64,000 bases of DNA from Mobula hypostoma (Eukaryota), in NCBI RefSeq assembly GCF_963921235.1, contig NC_086109.1:31932001-31996000 (forward strand). The letters run 5' to 3'. The notes beneath the pieces are model-generated. The model saw only the letters and a program-made list of their open reading frames with translations. It was not told the DNA's origin and did not search any database. Numbering within the stretch: the first letter of the stretch is position 1; each line of letters starts with the position of its first letter. A program made the position numbers and the translations under genes. Positions 1-11,766 of this stretch are shown piece by piece.

Positions 1-544
1 TAGCATTCCCAGAATTTACAAAGCCTAGCTGTACATTTCAGGAATGTAGGAGGAAATCGAACCCCAAACTTCCAGCTCAGCTGATGCTGTAAAACAATGT
101 ATTAACAATTATGCAGATTCTTACAGCTTATACTTTTGGATCCTGGATGAATCTGGATCACACAAACCTTGGACCAGGATTTACCCATCACCATCTTATG
201 CCACAAGTTTATTGTGGCCGCATGTCTCCTAATGCATCATGGGCATCGCTACCACAGTTGTACACATGTAGTAGTTGTTCCTTTTCCATGCCTTGTGCTG
301 CATCAGGCACCAACCTTGCCGTTTCTTTAGCACGTCGTCTGCTTTTTTACGAGGCCAAGTTGCTAGCTCAATGCTCAACCCAGAAGGAAGGAAAGCGTGC
401 AAGGAGCCAGCCAGATTCAGTACCGGGACCACTCACCTCAAAGTCCCATGCAGAAGCCACTACACCACTGGCTGGCAGGAGGCACAAATAGCAGCAATGT
501 TTCAGCTAAGGATTACCCACATATTGCCTTGATAGTCTGCTGCA

Positions 545-655
545 AATTTCATCTGTTGAAAGGTCATCGACGTTAAACTTGAATTTTGTTTCTCCCCCCA
601 CAGATACTGCCTGACCGGCTGAGTACCATCAATATTTTCTGGTTTTGATTGAGAT
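545..655 (+). mobile_element. Old Penelope-like element terminal (pLTR) remnant
   Basis: 'tctgttgaaaggtcatcgacgttaaac...cacagatactgcctgaccggctgagtaccatcaatattttctggtttt' resembles the PLE tails elsewhere in the window (e.g. 14780-14900, 59035-59150) but is heavily diverged. Confidence 0.4.
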
Positions 656-2197
656 TTAATGTGCTGCTTTTGATATGTGATTTACTCTCCTTATATTGAT
701 ATCCTGTTTTCTGTGAGTCAGAAATATTGGATAATTAAACTGTTAATTCCATTTTTTAAACAGAGATGCATATTAAGAGGTGCGTTCTGTCTTTCCATTA
801 AAATGAGAAGAATAAATAACTGTTGCTCTCTTGTAGCTCTGCTTCTAGAAGTCAAACAAGTTTAAGTCAAATTAGAATTAAAAATAAGGGTCAGGAAGGT
901 AAAACAAATATTAGCAGAAACTGATGGGAAAGAATTGTCAATAAAATAAACCGATCAATACACAGACATCGAATGTTAGCGGCTTTGAGTTTTTGTTACA
1001 ATTAATAACTCCTAATCATATCAATCATGGAGCTAAAAATCTGAGGAGGAACAGTAATTAAAATATACATACCTACAAACACTCGAGAGCAGCTTTTCCA
1101 AAAAAATTGTGCAGCCATTTGTGCAAAGAACTGTAAAATTGTGAGTGTTGAAAGCTTCTTGCTGATTAAGTACATGTTAAGCATATTGATAAGGCACATA
1201 TAATTGATAATTTTTCACATTAATCAGTCATAAATCAAGATAATTACAATGCAACTCAGTGTTAATTCAGTTCTTATTCCATATTAGTTCATCTGCATCC
1301 GTGCATTTGCTCGTTACATTCTTTTGTTGCCCTATTCCTCTCACATAAAACAATTAGCTTGTTAGTCAGTCTCTACTGCTTGCCAGAACACATCTCCCAT
1401 TTCATTAATGGACTATTACCTGGTGGAATACAGCATCTGAATAATTATATTGGTGAGACTTGTTTGCCTTCCCAGAGTAGTGAATTTAAATAGGCAAGTG
1501 CCAGTGTGGATTCAGCCCTCATTAATCAAACCAGGAGTAAGGAATATTTCACTTTGCTTCTGTAGACTTTATAGTTTAAAGGCTTCATAAAGCAAAATGT
1601 ATGCTGTTCCTCATTCATTTTAATTAAATGTGATTTATAGATTCATTATGGATTCTATTTAGAATGCAATATTTGTTTCAAATTCAGCTCAGACAACAGT
1701 TGATATACAGAGTGTATATGGTGCAGAATCTCAATGTGTATGTTTCAAATTGCAAATATGATACTGAGTCAAAATTCAATTATAACAGTCTTTGCAAGAA
1801 AATGTTTATAAACAAAATTTACTAATTTGGAGGGAATGAAAGAAATGCAAATTAAAATGAATCAACATGAAATTAAAATATGGTGAGGAATGTGTTATAA
1901 AGCCAAGGAATCTTCAAAAAAAGGCAAGGAATCTTCAACGGTTTTCGATTCGGAGCAAGAATTCTGTGAAGGAACGGTTGATTTTTCAGAGCGAAGGGAG
2001 TTTTTTACTACTCCGGGTAAAAGAGAGACAATACTGTGCAGGCGCGTGACGTCAGCCAGTAGAGCACAAAAGGTTTAAAAAGAAGACCGCCATATCCAGC
2101 AGGCAGCAGAGTGACCGAGCTTCAGCTCAACGAGCTTAGGTGGTAACGGGACGAGGTGGGGTAGGTTTACCTCTGTTATTTGTGGAAAGGAGGAAGT

Positions 2198-3128
2198 ATG
2201 TGTGTGAGGCCAGTTTGCTGTTCTCAGTGTCAGATGTGGGAACTCCTGGAGTCTCCCAGCCTCCCGGACGGCCATATCCGCACCAGATATGTCGAGCTGC
2301 AGCTCCTGAGAGACCGAGTTAGGGAACTGGAGATGCAGCTCGATGACCTTTGCCTGGTCAGGGAGAGCGAGGAGGTGATAGAAAGGAGTTATAGGCAGGT
2401 GGTCACACTGGGGCCACGGGAGACAGACAAGTGGGTCACAGTCAGGAGAGGGAAGGGGAAGAGTCAGGTACTAGAGAGTACCCCTGTGGTTGTACCCCTT
2501 GACAATAAGAACTCCTGTTTGAGTACTGTTGGAGGGGGACAGTCTACCTGGGGGAAGCAACAGTGACCATGCCTCTGGCACAGAGTCTGGCCCTGTGGCT
2601 CAGAAGGGTAGGGAAAGGAAGAGGATGGCCGCAGTGATAGGGGACTCTATAGTTAGGGGGTCAGACAGGCGATTCTGTGGACGCAGTAAAGAAACTCGGA
2701 TGGTAGTTTGCCTCCCAGGTGCCAGGGTCTGGGTTGTTTCAGATCGCGTCCAAGATATCCTGCAGTGGGAGGGAGAACAGCCAGAGGTTGTGGTACATAT
2801 TGGTCCCAATGACATAGGTCGGAAAAGGGAGGAGGTCCTGAAAAAAGACTAGAGGGTGTTAGGAGGGAAGTGGAGAGGCAGGACCACAAAGGTAGTAATC
2901 TCGGGATTACTGCCTGTGCCACACGACAGTGAGAATAGAATGAGGTGGAGGATAAATGCGTAGCTGAGGGATTGGAGCGGGGAGCAGGGATTCAGATTTC
3001 GGGATCATTGGGACCTCTTTTGGGGCAGGTGTGACCTGTACAAAAAGGACGGGTTGCACTTGACTCCCAGGGGGACCAATATCCTTGCGGGGAGGTTTGC
3101 TAAGGTTACTGGGGAGAGTTTAAACTAG
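2198..3128 (+). pseudogene. CR1 ORF1 (Cys/leucine-zipper region plus SGNH/GDSL esterase-like domain), frameshifted
   Basis: CSQCQMWEL...LQLLRDRVRELEMQLDDL; VIGDSIVRG, CLPGARV, VVVHIGPND, DGLHL blocks split over several frames. Confidence 0.88.
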
Positions 3129-3230
3129 AATTGTTGAGGGGGAGGGAACCGAACTGAAGAGACTGGGGAAGAGGAGGTTGGCTCACAAATAGAGAAAGCT
3201 TGTAGACAGTGCAAAAAGGAGGATAGGCAG

Positions 3231-6039
3231 GTGATAGAGAAGGGACGCGCTCAGACCGAAGGTTTGAGATGTGTCTATTTTAACACAAGGAGTGTTGTGA
3301 ACAAAGTGGATGAGCTTAGAGCATGGATCAGCAATTGGAGATATGATGTGGTGGCCATAACAGAGACTTGGATGGCTCAGGGACAGGAATGGTTACTACA
3401 AGTGCCGGGTTTTAGATGTTTCAGAAAGGACGGGGGGGGAGGCAAAAGAGGTGGGGGCGTGGCACTGTTGATCAGAGATAGTGTCACGGCTGCAGAAAAG
3501 GTGCACGCCATGGAGGGATTGTCTACGGAGTCTCTGTGGGTGGAGGTTAGGAACAGGAAGGGATCAATAACTTTACTGGGTGTTTTTTCATAGGCTGCCC
3601 AAAAGTAACAGGGATATCAAGGAGCAGATAGAGAATCAGATCCTGGAAAGGTGTAATAATAACAGAGTTGTCATGATGGGATATTTTAATTTCCCAAATA
3701 TCGATTGGCATCTTCCTATCATTGGCAAGGGGTTTAGATAGGGTGGAGTTTGGTAGGTGTGTTCAGGAGGGTTTCTTGACACAATATGTAGATAAACCTA
3801 TAAGAGGAGAGGCTGTACTTGACCTGGTACTGGGAAATGAACCTGGTCAGGTGTCAGATCTCTCAATGGGAGAGCATTTTGGAGGTAGTGATCATAATTC
3901 TATCTCCCTTACAATAACATTGGAGAGAGATAAGAACAGACATGTTAGAAAAGCATTTAATTGGAGTAAGGGGAATTATGAGGCTATCAGACAGGAAATT
4001 GGAGGCTTAAATTGGAAACAGATGTTCTCAGAGAAAAGTACAGAAGAAATGTGGCAAATATTCAGGGGATATTTGTGTAGAGTTCTGCATAGGTATGCTC
4101 CAATGAGACAGGAAAGTTATGGGAAGTTATTGTACACCTAGAACCATGGTGTAAAAAAGCGGTCATAAATCTAGTCAGGAAGAAAAGAAAAGCTTACAAA
4201 AGGTTCAGAGAGCTAGGCAATGTTAGAGATCTAGAAGATTATAAGGCTAATAGGAAGGAACTTAAGAAGGAAATTAGAAGACCCAGAAGGGGCCAGGAGA
4301 AGGCCTTGGCGAGCAGGATTAAGGAAAACCCCAAGGCATTCTACAAGTATGTGAAGAGCAAGAGGATAAGACGTGAAAGAATAGGACCTATCAAGTGTGA
4401 CAGTGGGAAATTGTGGATGGAACCGGAAGAAATATCAGAGGTACTTACTTTACTTCAGTATTCACTGTGGAAAAGGATCTTGGTGATTGCAGTGATGACT
4501 TGCAGCAGACTGAAAAGCTTGAGCATGTAGTTATTAAGAAAGAGGATGTGCTGGAGCTTTTGGAAAGCATCAAGTTGGATAAGTCGCTGGGACAGAAGAG
4601 ATGTACCCCAGGCTACTGTGGGAGGTGAGGGAGGAGATTGCTAAGCCTCTGGCGATGATCTCTGCATCATCAATGGGGATGGGAGAGGTTCCGGAGAATT
4701 AGAAGGTTGTGGATGTTGTTCATTTATTCAAGAAAGGGAGTAGAGATAGCCTAAGAAATTATAGATCAGAGAGTCTCACTTCAGTGGTTGGCAAGTTGAT
4801 GGAGAAGATCCTGAAAGGCAGGATTTATGAATATTTGGAGAGGTATAATATGATTAGGAATAGTCAGCATGGCTTTGTCAAGGGCAGGTCGTGCCTTAGA
4901 AGTCTGATTGAATTTTTTGAGGATGTGACTAAATGCACTGATGAAGGAAGAGCATTAGATGTAGTGTATATGAATTTCAGCAAGGCATTTGATAAGGTAC
5001 CCCATGCAAGGCTTATTGAGAAAGTAAGGAGATATGGGATTCAGGGGGACATTGCTTCGTGGATCCAGAACTGGCTTGCCCACAGAAGGCAAAGAGTGGT
5101 TGTAGATGGGTCATATTCTGCATGGAGTTCAGTCACCAGTGGAGTGCCTCAGGGATCAGTTCTGGGACCCTTACTCTTTGTGAGTTTTATAAATGACCTG
5201 GATGAGGACGTGAAGGGATGGGCTAGTAAGTTTGCTAATGACACAAAGGTTGGAGGTGCTGTGGATAGTGTGGAAGGCTGTGAGAGGTTACAATGGGACA
5301 TTGATAGGATGTAAAACTGGGCTGAGAAGTGGGAGATGGAGTTCAACCCAGATAAGTGTGAAGTGGTTCATTTTGTTCGGTCAAATATGATGGCAGAATA
5401 AAGTATTAATGGTAAGACTCTTGGCAGTGTGGAGGATCACAGAGATCTTGGGGTCCGAGTCCATAAGACACTTAAAGCAGCTGCGCAGGTTGACTCTGTG
5501 GTTAAAAAGGTGTACGGTGTATTGGCCTTCATTAATCGTGGAATTGAATTTAGGAGCTGAAAGGTAATGTTGCAACTATATAGGACCCTGGTCAGACCCC
5601 ACTTGGAGTACTGCGCTCTGTTCTGATCGCCTCACTACAGGAAGGATGTGGAAGCCACAGAAAGGGTATAGAGGAGATTTACAAAGATATTGCCTGGATT
5701 GGGGAGCATGCCTTATGAGAATAGGTTGAGTGAACTTGGCCTTTTCTCCTTGAAGTGACAGAGAATGAGAAGTGACCTGATAGAGGTGTACAAGATGATG
5801 AGAGGCATTGATCATGTGGATAGTCAGTGGCTTTTTCCCAGGGCTGAAATGGTTGCCACAAGAGGACACAGGTTTAAGGTGCTGGGGAGTAGGTACAGAG
5901 GAGATGTCAGGGGTAAGTTTTTTACTCAGAGTGCATGGAATGGGTGCCGGCAACAGTGGTGGAGGCGGATACGATAGGGTCTTTTAAGAGAGTTTTAGAT
6001 AGGTACATGGAACTTAGTAAAATAGAGGGCTATAGGTAA
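3231..6039 (+). pseudogene. CR1 ORF2 APE endonuclease-reverse transcriptase, multiple stops and frameshifts
   Basis: YFNTRS..NK, VAITETW, LDLVL, SDH (EN); QHGF, YMNFSKAFDKVPH, SGVPQGSVLGP, KFANDTK (catalytic FADD altered). Confidence 0.93.
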
Positions 6040-6159
6040 GCCTAGTAATTTCTAAGGTAGGGACATGTTTGGCACAACTCTCTGGGCCGAAGGGCCTGTA
6101 TTTTGCTGGAGGTTTTCTATGTTCCTATGTTTCTAAGCCAAGTCACGTAATAAGGAATC

Positions 6160-6585
6160 GTCATCATCGTTGTCGTGACTATCCCTCGAGGTCGGGGATG
6201 ATGGTCTTTGTTCTGAAGAAGTGGCCCACAGAGCGAAGACCCCTGTGTGTGTATTTGTTTAACGTGTACTTGATGTTGCACTCCAAGAAGCACACGATAC
6301 TTCACAAATCAACCAACTGATTCCAATGGCATGGAAACCATGATGATTGGAGCTGATGGATCTGTTGCAGCCTTCATCTGCCTTCACAGCCGTTGAGTTC
6401 GAAGTAACTTCGTCAGCCTGTTCCACCATTGAGGCCTTCGTTGGATTGTTCTTTGTCAGGGATCCCACCTTCGAATTTACTGCCATGGGCGACTCTACCA
6501 GGAGCATAGCTCCAGACGGCATCACTCTTGGGATCACAGGACCACACAAGCTTCTCCACCACAACAAGGACAATCCACGGAGAGG
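6160..6585 (-). mobile_element. Non-autonomous RTE-type retroposon (RTE-like 5' end, short (GAT/GAC)n tail)
   Basis: Minus strand begins 'ggattgtccttgttgtggtggagaagcttgtgtgg...ggtagagtcgcccatggc', like RTE 5'UTRs and like 19870; TSD aataaggaatc (6149-6159) / aataagaaatc (6586-6596). Confidence 0.65.
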
Positions 6586-7667
6586 AATAAGAAATCAAAC
6601 CCGCTATGTGTGAATCTCAAAGTTCTTGAATCTTTAAATAATTAATTCATATTTTATGTTCATTCAATGCTAATAAGTCAACAATTTTGGCATTATTTCA
6701 GGACATCTATAAGCATTACTCTCTAATCATGCTCTATTCTACAGAGTATTCACTTATTTCCTTCCCACACCATATTGGTTTAGATGTCCTGGATTTCGCT
6801 CACTATTCATGCATATACTGTAACAAAAGCTCTCCTGAAACAATGATCATCATTGTATCAGGAGAACTCAGCCAACTTACAGATGTGCTACCACATAGAA
6901 ATAAGGATTAATTAACGTGTGCAGCATAAAGTACCTTGAACTCGATTCCCGGTTCTTCCATTTTCATTCTGATTTCCTCCAATTCCCTTCCTTAAATATC
7001 TTCAGTTGCAACTGCCATCCTGCATCCCACTTTTGTTGCTACCTCTTCAATTCAACATTTTTTTCCTGACGCTTCACATGAATTGCTACCTGTAGCAAAA
7101 CAAGGCTCTCTAAGCCTTCTGGTGGTGAGCTAGCTTCCCCTTTTCCCTCAGTGATGGAGCCAGAGACAATGAACAGGCAAATGCTCCTCTATCTTCAATC
7201 TAAAATATATTTTTATGAGAATATAAAGAACTTTAATCTACACAGCCACAGTCTGACAGCTAAAGTGGATGCTAACTTAATTTTTGGACAACAAATGTCA
7301 ATGAGCTAATGGGCTTCTCCTATCTCATTAATTCCTTTGGTTTTTCACGGGAATTGAAGAGCCTCTAAACTTTCATGTAATTACTTGGGAATTGTGATAA
7401 TGTTTTCCATAGAATACCATTTTCAGCATTCTGATGTCATTTTTAAAAATATGTTGCTATAGCACTGTAGTATTGTAATGGCATTGGGTTTACTGTCTGC
7501 AAAGCCCTAAGTTCAAAACGGAGATCGTAAACCCTACACAATATAGGTATTTAGGAGTACCTTTTCGATAGGGAGCCTATACTGTATCCAGCTACTCTTT
7601 AATGACTAGATTAATTCCCTGTCTAGTCTCTGCAGCAAGGTCAAGCAGCCCAAAGCCGGTATTTGAA

Positions 7668-8946
7668 TGGTGGATGTTAGAGAGTGTTCTGGAGTTATGT
7701 AAATATACCTGATATTAGTTCAAACAAGAACCAGGCTTCAGTTCTTATTGTAAATGTAAATACTCTGTAAGTTCAGGAAGCTTGCAAACAGGCTTCAGTT
7801 TTTCTCTTGTAAGTTACAAGCTGTTAATTGAAGTTAAAAGTCACCTCATTACAGGAAGGATGTGGAAACCATAGAAAAGGTGCAAAGGAGATTTATAAGG
7901 ATGTTGCCTGGATTGGGGAGCATGCCTTATGAAATCAGGTTGAGTGAACTCAGCCTTTTCTCCTTGGAGAGACGAAGAGTGAGAGGTGACCTGACAGAGC
8001 TGTATAAGATGATGAGAAGCTTTGATCGTGTGGATAGTCAGAGGCTTTTTCCCGGAGCTGAAATGGTTGCCACAGGAGTACACAGGTTTAAGGTGCTGGG
8101 GAGTAGGTGAAGAGGAGATGTCAGGGGTAAGTTTTTTATGCAGAGAATGGTGAATGCGTGGAATGGACTGCCGGCAATGGTGGTGGAGGCGGATACAATA
8201 GGGTCTTTTAAGAGACTTTTCATAGGTACATGGAGCCCAGAAAAATAGAGGGCTATGGGTAAGCCTAGTAATTTCTAAGGTAGGGACATGTTCGGCACAA
8301 CTTTGTGGGCCAAAGGGCCTGTATTGTGCTGTAGGTTTTCTATGTTTCTATGTTTTTAAGCACAGACTGAGAGATTGCATACGCAAGAGCCAAATGTTAG
8401 GTCAATGGGTTTATGTTACATGGCTTGTGAGCAACATGGCTGCATTATTTGCACTGTTCTGACTTGAGCTCAAACTGGCAGACCACATAGATGTCATTAC
8501 TTAGCATATCAAACATGGTCACGTTATAGGCATCAATAGTTTTTTGTGTACTCAGAGACAGCCCTGACAACATTAATTTTGTCTGGCTGTCTGTTGTCAA
8601 AAGGTTTTAGGATATTTGTGTTAATAAGTTTTTCCCCAAAGCTGTTAGGACCTTCAGAGGTGCCTTATCAATTACAATGTACTTCCACTATGTATCTCAA
8701 AGGAAGCATTTGTCACCCAAAGTATTGAAGTAAACAATGTCATTGTAACTATTGAAATTGAATTGAATCACTTACAGTTACCTTTGATCTTAAGGGTATA
8801 AAAATGTGATGTACCTTTGGGTTTGTGAGCCTCTACCTAGATTGTCTCCGGAAGAATGTCTGCTTGTTGTGTGAATAAATCACAAGCTTCAGGGTCTCTC
8901 CGACGACTTTGATCGCAGTGACAAAATTGGGTCCCTCTCCCTACCA
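7668..8946 (+). mobile_element. Possible solo LTR interrupted by a CR1 fragment
   Basis: TATA 'gggtataaaa' ~8794, AATAAA ~8874, ends 'ccctacca'; candidate start 'tggtgg'; no convincing TSD. Confidence 0.3.
7841..8357 (+). mobile_element. 5'-truncated CR1 3' end (same family as 1908-6134)
   Basis: Aligns by eye to 5627-6134; ETIEKVQRRF..MLPGL; TTTCTATG tail. Confidence 0.92.
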
Positions 8947-9458
8947 TGGAGAAGATACTTCCAGCCAACAAAGAGTTTAAACAGGGTTAATTTTATTTTT
9001 AATGATACACAGTTCAATTTAGACAATAGTTCTTAACACTCACGAAGAATTTCTGATTTATGAAGGATTTATGAATGATTTATGAATTACAAAGGATTTC
9101 CAAACACAGGTACAATTGTTACAAACTAAAAGAACAGACCAACAATTTGCAGACGAATGTGTCATCCATTGCAGAAACCTAAGATTGAGGAATGGATTCT
9201 AGTTCTTCTTTCTTCTTTCTGTCACCTCATCTTTCTGCCATTCCCCATATCATTCCTAACAGTCGCCAGTGCTTTCAAATAGGTATACTGTTTGCTGAGA
9301 CAAAGTAATTCATACAGATGGTCTGTATGAAAAATTAATGCTGTGAGGACTGAGTATGGGCACACAGATATCACAATTATTGATTGATCAGATTTGATGT
9401 GCTCAGTGACAAAATCAGTATTCTGCAAGCTTCCTTGAACTCAGTCACAATGGTGTAA

Positions 9459-9712
9459 GTAGGTACAGCGGAGGTGTCAGGGGTAGGTTTTTTACACAGA
9501 GTGATGAGTGCGCGGAATGGGCTGCTGGCGGCAACGGTGGAGGCAGAAACGATAGGATCTCTTAAGAGACTCCTGGATAGGTACATGGAGCTTAGAAAAA
9601 TAGAGGGCTATGGGTAACCCTAGGTAATTTCTAAGGTAAGGACATGTTCGGCACAGCTTTGGGCCGAAGGGCCTGTATTGTGCTGTGGGTTTTCTATGTT
9701 TCTATGTTTCTA
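9459..9712 (+). mobile_element. CR1 3' end fragment
   Basis: Matches 5889-6134, (tttctatg)n tail. Confidence 0.9.
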
Positions 9713-10591
9713 ACTTAGCCAGTGCTGCCCGGTTTGATATAGGCCAATTAACATATCCCCATTGTCTTTGGTTGATTAAATATGGGTCTACAAGACCTCA
9801 TCGTGTACCTGTTTAGAACAAGAAGCTAAGCAGGGAATATTGGTTAAAAGTTTAACTTTGTCACGAGCAGCTCTAACCCTTTGGGAAAGTCATGCTGTGA
9901 TATAGGATGCTGAGATTAACAATAAGCCCCCTGGGCTATAGGAAGTGAATATCCATCACTGTATAATCTTTGTAATTGACACTATAGTCACACCACATAT
10001 ACTTAGCTGAAGTTTCGGTAAATAACGGTTCCCTTTCAGATAAAAACTTTGGAAAGTACTGAAGTTTTTTTAAAAAATGCTCTAAAAGAAACTTTTTGAG
10101 GGCAGTCAAATAATATTGATTGCATATTAAAACAATTTGTGATAGTGTGAAAGATCAATATTGATGGGACTCTTTATCTTTCCAATCACTATATTGATAA
10201 TAATCAGCTACAGTCAAAATCATTGTATAGGCAATAACAAGATATGGCTGTACAATTCCCCAGCCAATATCTTCTTTAATTGTACAATATATCCAAAATA
10301 TTAGAAAGAAAGGAGAAAACACAATTCATACCCCAGAACTACATACACATAATCATGTCTGAAAGTATCTTCTTGAATGATAGCCACCTGAACCTTCTTT
10401 TATCAAAACTCTTCCTTTCAAACATTGCCTCCAGCCAGAGTGCAGTGAGCCTCCAAAGCCCAATTTAATTCCACATAATCCACCATATGAAACAAAATAA
10501 TTTCATGCTGTCATCAATTTTTCTTCACTTAAATTTTATTTTCACTAACCAGCTCTCATGTTAACAAGAACTCAATTGTTTATAAGCATTT

Positions 10592-10635
10592 AAAGGCCCT
10601 GTATTGTGCTGTAGGTTTTCTATGTTTCTATGTTT
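10592..10635 (+). mobile_element. Extremely truncated CR1 3' terminus
   Basis: 'aaggccctgtattgtgctgtaggttttctatgtttctatgttt' equals the last ~45 nt of the CR1 family. Confidence 0.75.
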
Positions 10636-11409
10636 ACCTGTGGGACATGGGCATTGTTGCCAATGCCAGCATTTGTTCATTGCTAATTTCTCCTGAATGG
10701 CTGCTGTAATGGATTTCTACACAAAGGGCATCCTTTAGGCGTATGGAGGTATTGACCATTAATGCAAACAAAAACCAGTCTTCATGAACTATTCAAAATG
10801 AAAATCATAAAAAGTAATCAGTTTTGAAGTTAAGTGGAAGCCGCATAATAAAACAACACAGGCAGCAGAACACAGACCACTGGCTCACACCAGCAAGGAC
10901 TATTAATAGATATGGTTACAATATCTATTAATCAGTATACAAGGTTTCTTATTATGTTACAATTACATGACCTTGAGAAATCTAGTATACTGTGGCCAAA
11001 CATACAGGAAATGGGGCATTGTTAATTGGCCTATAATAAACTAGATTTTGGACATCCTCAGTTAATAATTAGAGCTTTTTTGAAGCAAGAGAGTCAACTC
11101 ATGAATTTTGAGCTTTTGGAGTGTCGTCCTTAAAAGTTTATGACCATCAGTGAGTTACGTTTTCCCAGCAGATTTGCTTGAATATTCAGAAGTGTCATGT
11201 CATCTGAAATGTGTTTCCGTTATAATTCAATGGAACCATTTGTCAACACCCAAAGCTTTGAACTAAGTTATGTAAATGCAATGATTTTAAGACCCTTTGT
11301 TGGTCGAGGTTAACCATGGATATTTTGTCCTTGCTCTCTACTTGATATGCAAGCCATTATGACAGCCAGGGCAGTAGAATATGGAGTGCAAGCTGCTGGC
11401 ACCAGTTTG

Positions 11410-11758
11410 AGGTTAATAACTCATCAGTTAATAACTCATCAGGGGTGATTGATAAGTTTGTGGCCTAAGGTAGAAGGACTTGTTATTAACTTCAAACTTA
11501 CTGCATAACCGCTCAAAGAGTTGACCTGCATGTGCATGTAACAAGAGCAGTATAACTGATCTCCTTCTACCTGGGGTCACAAACTCATCAATCACCCATG
11601 CTGTGGACACTCTCTGAGGGTCCAAGATCTGTATGCTCCATGACCACTGGACTAAGTGTGTAAATGTAGGAGGGGACTATGTTGAAAAATAAATGTGCTA
11701 GGTTTTCTAAAATTGGCTCCGTCTACCTTAAGCCACGAACCTATCAATCACCTCGTGT
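11410..11758 (+). mobile_element. Mariner-derived non-autonomous element with three TIR copies
   Basis: TIR 'ggggtgattgataagtttgtggcctaaggtagaagga' ~11442 with inverted copies ~11560-11598 and ~11717-11757; retains mariner C-terminal remnant DHWTKCVNVGGDYVEK*. Confidence 0.75.
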
Positions 11759-11766
11759 GTATATAT

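Larger units (their letters stand above)
1908..6134 (+). mobile_element. Near full-length CR1 LINE (5'UTR, ORF1, ORF2, TTTCTATG tail), inactivated
   Basis: ORF1 and ORF2 motifs in order; 3' tail 'tttctatgttcctatgtttct'; flanked by 8-bp direct repeat aagccaag (1900-1907 and 6135-6142), a candidate TSD. Confidence 0.93.

Noticed and set aside
111..532. 126-aa and 85-aa ORFs near the window start
   Set aside because: No recognisable domain or splice structure; flanked by SINE-like and PLE-like remnants
4709..5314. Active reverse transcriptase or retron-like system
   Set aside because: Ordinary CR1 ORF2 with many stops and frameshifts and an altered catalytic motif (FAND)
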